Assembly (NCBI RefSeq): GCF_009914755.1 | Contig: NC_060929.1 | Source of the DNA: the human T2T-CHM13v2.0 reference genome, Homo sapiens | Direction: 5' to 3' (one strand) | DNA length: 64,000 bases | Shown here: positions 50,974-64,000 of the stretch, one piece after another | How positions within the stretch are numbered: the stretch's first letter is position 1 | How the letters are laid out: every line of letters begins with the position of its first letter | Notes under the pieces: model-generated | Seen by the model: the letters and a program-made list of their open reading frames with translations, nothing else | Database searches by the model: none | What the model was told of the DNA's origin: nothing | Translations under genes and position numbers: made by a program

Positions 50974-51088
50974 TCAAAATTCTACTCTCTCTAAGGGTGA
51001 TTTTTAAACATTCTATTTATATTTGTGTATCCTCTATGTTAACTGTGATGTTGGTAATATTTTTTTCAATATCTACCAATTGGGGTAG

Positions 51089-51280
<192 letters not shown>

Positions 51281-51334
51281 TAATCCCTCTTCCTCATCCA
51301 TATACATACACCTGCTGTGGATCCATCCATTTTC

Positions 51335-54420
<3,086 letters not shown>

Positions 54421-54501
54421 CTAAGAAATGGGTGAGGTCATCTTAACAGTCACCTAGGGGAGGATAGCTTGACCCTGGCACCTCTCACTGGGAGAAGCTT
54501 T

Positions 54502-54583
54502 ATAGATTTCATTGCCCAATATGGCTAAATAATGCACTACTCCCTAAAATAGATTTCATTGCTCAATATAGCTAAATAATGCA
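54502..54583. repeat. 35-bp direct repeat, two copies, period 47
   Basis: ATAGATTTCATTGC(C/T)CAATAT(G/A)GCTAAATAATGCA at 54502-54536 and 54549-54583. Confidence 0.95.
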
Positions 54584-56389
54584 TGACTACCAAATATTTT
54601 GGAATACTAACAGGAGAAAATTGTGATGCAATGTCACAATTTAAACGTAAATTTATACAATGGCAATTTAACGTCTCCTATAACATTTTTGTACCTTATA
54701 AAGTTCATACAAGAAACACAAAGTGCCTTTATGATACAGTGTAAAACACCTGTTTATGCATTTCATTACTGGATCCTCCATTACAAGGAAAATTAATGCT
54801 CAAATTGTTTTATGAATAAGTGGTTTATCAAAAGCCTCATATAAAAATAGTCTGTTAAATTGGATAATCTTTGAGTTTCAGTTCTCTTTCTAAACCTGTG
54901 GGTGTTTTCTTGGCACTGATGCAACAGTGTTCAAAACTGGACATTCTGAACTTTTGGGGGAATCCTAAATCCTAATAACTCCAATATACTTGATTGCAAT
55001 GCCCATGTGTACGCTGTTATTTTGTAATAGTTTACTAAGAAACTTTACTTCCTGAGCAACCACAGTCCCTGTCCTGGAGCTCATGCCAAAGAGTTAATAA
55101 TTATGCAGGCACCACAGGAACAAGGTCCAAGATGGACAGACTGGCCAGCCTTCCACCCAGATCCCTGTGCTGCTCCCCAGGCTGTGGCCACTGTTTGCCA
55201 CCACTATTGCTTCTGCTGCTGCCTTGGGACCTCCCAACTTAGTGCCTCTGCATCACACAGACACAGCTACTAGGCTGATTGCTCGGGGTCTGTGCTACCT
55301 GCCTTGCTCACTGGACTTTTTATGTTAACTTAGTTCTCCCTCTCTGTATCTCCTGTGAACTAATTGTGAGATCTAGGAAACTGATTTTTTTTTCAGAGTA
55401 TATTACATGATGGTATTGTATAGTTTAAATTTTGTCTTATCATGTGCACTCTAATGTCTGTCAAGATTTTAAGATTGCTCAGTGGATGGTATCAGACACC
55501 CATAACTGAATGGCTTCAATCAGTAACAAGTATTTATTGCTGTTCATGAGTCTGTGATTTAGTTGGCCTCACCTAGGTAGTTCTCTATGTGGTGGGAGCT
55601 ATAACCTCAGTCACCTGAAGGCTCCAGTGGTTTGAAATATCCAAGATGGCTCACTGGAGGTTCAACTGATTTGGAATGTGTACGATGGTGGCAGTTGGTC
55701 CTTGCTATAGGCTGGGATTTTACATGGGGCTGTCATTTAGAGCCCTTTTGTACTCCCTCATGTAGCCTCTCCAAGTGGCTCTCTCAGAGTTCCTTCAAAG
55801 TATCGTAGTTTCAGGACAATCATACCTCTTCTTTGGGGGCTGGATCCTAGGAGTGCAAAATTAGAAGCTATCAGGTCTTTTTAAGGCTTAGGACAGGAAG
55901 TAGCACAAAATTACTTCACAGCATTCTACATTCAAACAAGTCACAGGGCAGGGTCAGATTCAAGAGGAGGGGACTAAATGAGGGGAACACCAGAGGGAGT
56001 TGTTCATTAGTATCATCAATGTAAGAGATTACCACCAGCTTTCACTTTTTTTCTCTTTCCAAATGGGCATGTTTGTTCTTGTTATCCTGTCTCTGTTCAT
56101 TGGATGTTGGGAGTGGAGGGAGATAACTTGCGATTTTTAGTCGCAGGTCTCTAGATTAAGTAATAGTCCATCTGAAACTTATGTACAAATAATGATGACA
56201 TTCAGGACTTTGAGTCTTAGGCCAAGATGATGGAAATTTTGGATGCATCCTTTAAGGAGGGGGTGAGGATGTTTTGCATGCTAAAGGAAAGAAATGAATA
56301 TTTGCAAATATCCAGAAAAGTGGACTGTGCAGATTGAATTATTTGAAAAAAATATTTCATATTATTTCCTACCAGAACCCTCAAATATG

Positions 56390-56940
56390 GATTATTAACT
56401 ATTGCTGCATAAAACTACCACAAACTAGAGACTTAATAAAATACATGTTTATTATCTTACAGATTATGTGGATGAGAAGCCCAGGTACAATTGGGCTGAG
56501 TCTTTTGATTCAATGTCTCTCATGGGCTATGATGAAGTTCCCAGCCAGGGGTGTGGTCTCATCTGAATGTTCAAGTGGAAAAGGATCTGCTTCCAAGCTC
56601 ACTCACATTATTGGCAGAATTCATTTTTTCAAGAGTTTTTTCCTTGTTGGTTGTGAGTTGAAGCCACCCTCAGTTCCTTGCCATGTGGCACTTATTTTCC
56701 ATAGTGTAGCTCTCAACATAACAGAATATGTCATCAAAATTAGCAAGGAAGAGGAAGTCCTAGTAAGACACAGGATATAATCTTACGTAATGTAGTCACA
56801 GAGTGACACCCCATCACCTTTGCTATAGTCTGTTGGTTAGAAGCAGGCCACAGTTCCTGTCCACATTCAAGGAGATTGTACAAGGGGTGAATATCAAAGG
56901 AGGGAATAATTGGGAACTGTTTTAGAGTCTGTCTGCCACA
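56390..56940 (-). mobile_element. MLT1F-like MaLR LTR
   Basis: Minus strand begins TGTGGCAGACAGACTCTAAAAC ... GCTTCTAACCAACAGACTATAGCAAAGGTGATGGGGTGTCACTC. Confidence 0.7.
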
Positions 56941-59900
56941 CCAGCCTCCTCATTGAGAGACAATTAAACTGTTTACATCATACATTTCAGACCTGACCAT
57001 ATGACTTATTTCAGCCAATGGATTGTGGGGGAAGTGATATGTGCTGCTTTTAAGAAGATTTAAGAATTGCCATCTGATCTGCCACCTTCTCTTTTATTCT
57101 CTCCCCAAGCAAGTTCTTAGATATTCATCAGCCTAAATTTTTGAGCTGACCTACTCTAGGTATGTAAAAGAGGTAATAAATTAAGTCTATTGACTGTCAC
57201 TGAGATTATAGGAAGGTTTTTAACTGCAGTATAATTTATCTAAAGTTGACTGGCCCTGCTAAACTAAGAGATACAAGAAGCATCCTGGGGCTAGCAACAT
57301 TGGAGAGCAATGACAGCCCTAGACCAGGAGGGACCTGGGAAGTTAGATCTTGCAAAGAGGGATGTAAGGAATGAACACACCAGCCTCACTTTCCGTCTGG
57401 CACTACTGCTGCCCATTGGCAGGGAGGAGAAGAAGGCTAAAAAAAAGACCTTAGAAAATGCTAACCTTTCAGGGGCAGAAGAAGAAAGAAAGAAGAATTT
57501 ATGGGGGAGTTGAGAAGAAATAACAGGAAAAGAAAAACAAAACAGTAGAGACATGGAATGGAATGATAATAAAATGAAGAAGTGGCCACACTGAGAGATT
57601 CTTCTTAGGGTTGCACTAATTTAGGGTTTGTGTCTGTCAAATTTAGAAAACAGAATTTCATATGTGCTTTAGAAAGAGAGACATCTGTGAAACTGGCGCA
57701 GAACAGAGCACAGGAATATAATGGTATGACTAGTGAATATGAAGTAAAGCTGCAGAAAAAAGTTTTAGACCACTGTTTAAAGAAGCTTGCTTCTGAAGAA
57801 GAGTAAAAAGGAAATATCTAAAAGAAGGGAGCTCAAAAAGGTGCTTGTTTTAATGAATAACAGTGTTGAAATTTTTGCAAGTTCAGTGGAAATGTTCTAT
57901 TCGAGGCTGATGATATTGGAGAAAAAATAGATTTGTATATAAAATAAGTCCATAACAATATGGGATAAAATATAATGATTACCTCTGGATAATTTTGGGA
58001 CAGTAAATCCCAATTTCAAGGCTCCTGATAGATGTAAATATATGAGGTTATAATTTTTTAACATCTGTATAACTAAGAATTTTAAATGAACAATTATAAT
58101 TCTTCATAATACATAAATGCATCAGTTTGGAATTTACAAAGACATTCTCATTCATATTTAATATTCCCAACAGGGTATGGGGTTAGTGTTCTGGTCCCCA
58201 TTTTGCAATGCAAGAAATAAGATCCAGAAACTTCATAACTGCAGAAGCTACACCTGAACCGATAATTTCATTCCCAAGTATAGTGCTATATAGCCTAACC
58301 TTTTATCATTTTCTAAATGTTCTTGACATGTAATCAGTAAGCAGGCACTGCTTTGGGGAAGCTAGTTTTGAAAGGGTCTTCCTGTTTAAGAGAAATAGGA
58401 TTTGAGGGAGAGATCTGGAGGCACTTACCAAGCAGCCTGTCAAAGGCCTCATGATCCTCAGGTTGTAACTTCACCATTATCTTGAGCCATAGGTAAAGCC
58501 ATAGGTAACAGCCAGGACCTGGTTTTTCTTAGCCCCTGGCTGTACTTCCTGCACAAATACTACTATGCAATTTCTCTTGGAGCCCTAAATTTCAGGCACA
58601 GAGCTGGAATCTATCCAGGGTCCCAAGAAAACAAAAGGGCTACAGGACAAAATCTTACCTGGGAGGAACTAGTTGTTGATCACTCTAGCCCTGCCAAACC
58701 AGTCCCTTCTGCTCTGGCCAGCCAGACGCTTGACCTTCTTTTCCATCTTTTACCTTTGTTTATGCATTTTTTCACTATTTGCTTTGCTATTACTATATTT
58801 CTCATGATTCATTTCCTTATTAAAATTAATTTTTCCCATCGTAGAAAAAGGAATCCTTACTTCCCAAGTTTTTCTTCTATGTAGATTTCCTTCTCCCCAG
58901 CTCTTGTTCCTCTTGTTCCCAAAGCCCTGGATTTCACATTGCTCCTCTCTTCCACATTAAACATTACTTCCTAACAGCTGTATGTCTTCGTCATTACTAG
59001 TCAACCCTTTCAAATCTCTTTACAATTCAATCCTCTCACCTGCAGGTCCTGTGCTTTCTTCCTTCACTATCATGTCTGAGGCACACCCTGGAATGGTAGG
59101 CTGTGGGCTCTGCTTTACAGAATGGCAAATGGCAGACAATGAGCCATGATGTCCTGTCAGCCTATTTTTCTCCTATCACAAGGTTGGGTCTGCCCACAGA
59201 TTTTCCCCCGTCTGTCCAAACTCCTATTCTGTACATTGGCTTTGACCAATCCTGGCAAGAATGTAAGCCACTATTGTAAATGCAATTTCAATGGGTGTTT
59301 GTTGGAGGCAGCACGTTAGTGCTGTGCAATGGCCATAAAGACCATGGGACAGGGAAACAGAGTCAGGGAGATAAAAATGTAGCTGGATGACTGATTATTG
59401 CTCTTGACGATGGGCGTGTCCTGATGCTTCATGAAAACCCCAGGACCAGAGTTATAAGGAGAAGGTGAAATAAAACTTCACAGACCATTTCCCATCTCTC
59501 CCATCTCTCTGTTTGTCTCTTTCTCTTCTTGCTGGTGAGAGGATGTGTGATGCATACCATCTACCACATACCCATGTAGAGTAACATTAGAACATAAATT
59601 AGAAAGGGAATAAATGGAGTTAAATTTTTCTAAATATTTACTTCTGACCAGTAAGCGTTAACATTATTGACATATATTAGAATACAAACACATATACAAG
59701 CACAAAAGGATTAGTGGAGGAGGAATGCATAACTCACAAGCTAAGAGAAAGGAAAAGGAAAAATAGAATATTAAAGAATATTCAGCCAATTCAAAAGTAT
59801 ATTAGAAAAAGAACTAAAACAGGCAGGAGAAATGGACAATAATTTGGAAGATGTTACATATAAACTCAAATATATCAAAATTTCATTAAATGTTAATAGA

Positions 59901-60227
59901 CTAAATATTATGTAAAAGGCAAAGATTAGTAGAGTGAGTTTTTAAAAACTATATGCTTATAGCAGATATAGATTTTAAATATTAGGTTACAGAAATCTTG
60001 AAACAGAAAGGATGAAAATACATATACATTATTCAAACACTATTCAAAAGAAAGATGTTATTGCCCTACTTACACTGGCTAAAATAGACTTCATTGGGGA
60101 AAACTTACTAGCAATGAAGAGGAAAAATTCACCAGGACTGTATAATATCAGCAACCAACAAATATTAACAGGCTTGTTCTTTATGGGAAAACACGCCTCT
60201 CCACATTTCTAAACTAAGGGTGTATAA

Positions 60228-60567
<340 letters not shown>

Positions 60568-61519
60568 TAACTTCAAGAAATTACATTGTTAACTCCCTGT
60601 ACAGTCTGCTCCCAGGTTCTATTGTTCCGTGATTCTGAGTTTCCACGGTTTTGTGAGCCATTGATTCCAATCTAAGGCAGCCCAGATTCTGATAAGTCAT
60701 TTCCAGTATCCTGGCTAGGAATTCCTGTGGCAGGTATTTTGGCTGTACTGACATGAGCCATGGCAAAGGAAAGAATGATGCCTGCCAACGGCAAGTAGCT
60801 CACCTGAGGGTGTGGGAGTGACCACATTTAGGGAGAAGAGAAAGAAGAAAAACTGCTTCCTCCATGGCACTGGCATACTCTAATTCCAGATGGAATTAAA
60901 ACAGCCTTTGGGACATTTTTTTGAGAAGGCTGGAAAGTTCACCCACTGCTTGACTTGGAAACCAATGCAGTGACAGATGCCATTATGGACAGATGAGATG
61001 ATCTGAAATTTTGAAGATGGTACAACCCATTGTCTTTTTGGTAATGTTACATAAAGAAACTTCTGACAAAAATCAATAAAAAGGAGAGTATAAGTTTGAA
61101 GATGTGAAAATTCTGCAGGAGGAAAAAAAGTGAAAATATCCCATGTACAGATATTAAAACAAGATATTGTAACCCCACCAGCTCTTATTCCCAAATAATT
61201 CCATTGCTTTATAACTGTAACTGATAATATGAATAACCTTTAGCACATTCATTTACCGTTTTCCAAGAGATGAGTATCTTAGGGGGAACACTGAAATAGT
61301 CTTCAAAAATGTGAAGTAGATTGAACCTTTCATATTCTGATTACCCACTAAAATAATTTTCATTTCTGATGACAACATTTTTACTTTTTGATCTATTTGC
61401 AAGTGATTTTTTTTGCTTATTTGTTTTATTGACATAACACATAGTGAAGTGCAGAAACTTCAGTGTACTCATTTCAGTCACTAATATTTCACTTTGAAAT
61501 AACACATCTTTTTCTCTCT

Positions 61520-64000
61520 TTTTTAAATTTCAGTAGGTTTTTGGGGAACAGGTGGTGTTTGGTTACATGGATAAATTCCTTAGTGGTGATTTCTGAAATT
61601 TTGTGCACTCATCACCCGCACAGTGTACACTGTACCCAATGTGTAGTCATCTTCCCCCTGAGTCACCAAGTCCATTTTATCATCTTTATGCCTTTGTGTC
61701 CTCATAGCTTCACTGCCACTTATAAGTGAGAACATACGATATTTGGTTTTCCATTCCTGAGTTACTTCACTTAGAATAATGGTCTCCAACTCCATCCAGG
61801 TTGTGGCAAATACTGTTATTTCATTCCTTTTTATGGCTGAGTAGTATTCCATGGTATATATATACACCACCCATTGATTGATGGGCATTTGGGCTGGTTC
61901 TATATTTTTGAGATTGTGAATTTTGCTGCTATAAACATGCATCTGCAAGTGTCTTTTTTGTATAATGACTCCTTTTCCACTGGGGACATATTCAGTAGTA
62001 GGTTTATTGGATCAAATGGTAGATCTACTTTTAGTTCTTTAAGAAATATCCATACTGTTTTCCATAGTGGTTGTACTAGTTTACATTCTTACCAGCAGTG
62101 TGAAAGTGTTCTGTTTTCACAACATCCATGCCAACATCTATTTTTTTTTTAATTTTTAAATTATAGTCATCCTTGCAGGAGTAAGATAGTATTGCATTGT
62201 GGTTTTGATTTGCATTTCCCGATAATTAGTGATGTTGAGCATTTTTTAATGTTTCTTGGCCATTTGTATATCTTCTTTTGAGAATTGTCTGTTCACGTCC
62301 TTAGCCCACGTATTGATGGGATTATTTGTTTTTTTTTTTTCTTGCTGATTTCTTTTAGTTCCTTGTAGATTCTGGACATTAGTCCTCTGTTGAATGCATA
62401 GTTTGCAAAAGATTTTCTTCCACTCTGTGGGTTGTCTGTATACTCTGCTGATTATTTCTTTTGCTGTGCAGAAAGTTTTTAGTTTAATTATTTATCTTGG
62501 CTTTTGTTGCATTTGCTTTTGGGTTCTTGGTCATGAAGTCTTTGCCTAAGCCAATGTTTAGAAAGGTTTTTCTAATATCTTCTAGAATTTTTATGTTTTC
62601 AGGTCTTAGACTTAAGTCTTTGATCCATCTTGAGTTGATTTTTATATAAGATGAGAGATAAGTATCCAGTTTCATTCTTCTACATGTGACTTGCCAATTA
62701 TCCCAGCATCATTTGTTGAATACAGTGTCATTTCCCTATTTTATGTTTTTGTTTGCTTTGTTGAAGATCAGTTTGCTGTAAGTATTTGGGTTTATTTCTG
62801 GGTTCTCTATTCTATTTCATTGGTCTATGTGCCTATTTTTATACCAGTGCCATGCTGTTTTAATGACTGTAGCCTTATAGTATAATTAGAAGTCAGGTAA
62901 TGTGATGCCTCCAAATTTGTTCTTTTTGCTTAGTATTGCTTTGGCTGTGCAGGCTCTTGTTTTGTTCCATGTAAATTTTAGGATTGTTTTTTCTAGTTCT
63001 GTGAAGAATGATGATGGTATTTTGATGGGAATTGCATTTAATTTGCAGATTGCTTTTGGCAGTAAGGTCATTTTCACAATATTGATTCCAGCCATTCATG
63101 AGTATGCAAAGTGTTTCCATTTGTTTGTGTCACCTATGATTTCTTTCACCAGTGTTTTGAAGTTTTTCTTGTAGAGGTATTTCACCTCCTTGGTTAGGTA
63201 TATTCCTAAGTGGGTTTTGTTGTTGTTTTTGTTTTGCAGCTATTATAAAAGCAGTTACATTCTTGATTTGATTATCAGCTTGGTCACTGTTGGTGTGTAG
63301 CTGTGCTACTGATTTGTGTACATTAATTTTACATTAAATTCTGAAACTTCACTGAATTCATTTATCAGATCTAGGAGCTTTTTGGATAAGTCTTTATGGT
63401 TCTCTGGGTATACAATTCACCAGTAAACAGTGACAGTTTGACTTTCTCTTTACCGATTTGGATGCCCTTTGTTCCCTTCTCTTTTCTGATTGCTCTGGCC
63501 AGGACTTCCAGTACTATGTTTAATAGAAGTGGTGATAGTGGGCATTCTTGTCTTGTTCCAGTTCTCAGGGGGAATTCTTTCAACTTTTCCCCATTCAATA
63601 TAATGTTGGCTGTGGGTTTCTCATAGATGGCTTTTATTACCTTAAGGTATGTCCTTTCTATGCTGATTTTGTTAAGGGTTTTATTCATAAAGGGATGCTG
63701 GATTTTGTCAAATGTTTTTTCTCTGTTGAGATGATCGTGTGAATTTGTTTTTAATTCTGTTTATGTGGTGTATCACATTTATTGACTTGCATATATTAAA
63801 CTATCCCTGTGTCCCTGGTATGAAACCCATTTGATCATGGTGGATTATCTTTTTGATATGCTGTTGGATTCAGTTAGCTAGTATTTTGTTGAGGATTTTT
63901 GTATCTATGTTCATCGGGGATATTGATCTGTAGTTTTCCTTTTTGATATTGTCCTTTCCTGGCTTTGGTATTAGGGTGATACTAACTTCATAGAATGATT
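61520..64000 (-). mobile_element. L1PB/L1MA 3' UTR and degenerate ORF2, running off the window
   Basis: Antisense ORF2 peptides ([28 protein letters not shown]). Confidence 0.9.

Noticed and set aside
60581-61200. Possible pseudogene fragment
   Set aside because: Translations contain many stops and I could not assign a family.

Overview
This is primate (almost certainly human) genomic DNA containing the IRGM locus (immunity-related GTPase M, 5q33.1). The only intact host gene is IRGM on the + strand, with a 181-aa CDS at 42622-43167. It is transcribed from an ERV9/LTR12 solo LTR (39781-41431) and has an antisense AluSc in its 5' UTR. The rest is mostly retroelements: L1, Alu, MaLR, solo LTRs and a deleted HERV-I-type provirus at 26451-32360. 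The window appears to carry the non-deleted allele of the known ~20-kb upstream Crohn's-associated deletion. Main observations: (1) a spliced 87-codon upstream ORF is in frame with IRGM once the Alu and one target-site copy are removed, so it looks like the fossil N-terminus of the ancestral gene; (2) the HERV-I provirus shows strand-specific G-to-A hypermutation, including five Trp-to-stop changes, consistent with APOBEC3 editing; (3) an ISRE/GAS cluster inside the deletion interval may be the abandoned interferon-inducible promoter. Variant identities, repeat subfamilies and orthologue sequences are recalled from memory and were not looked up.
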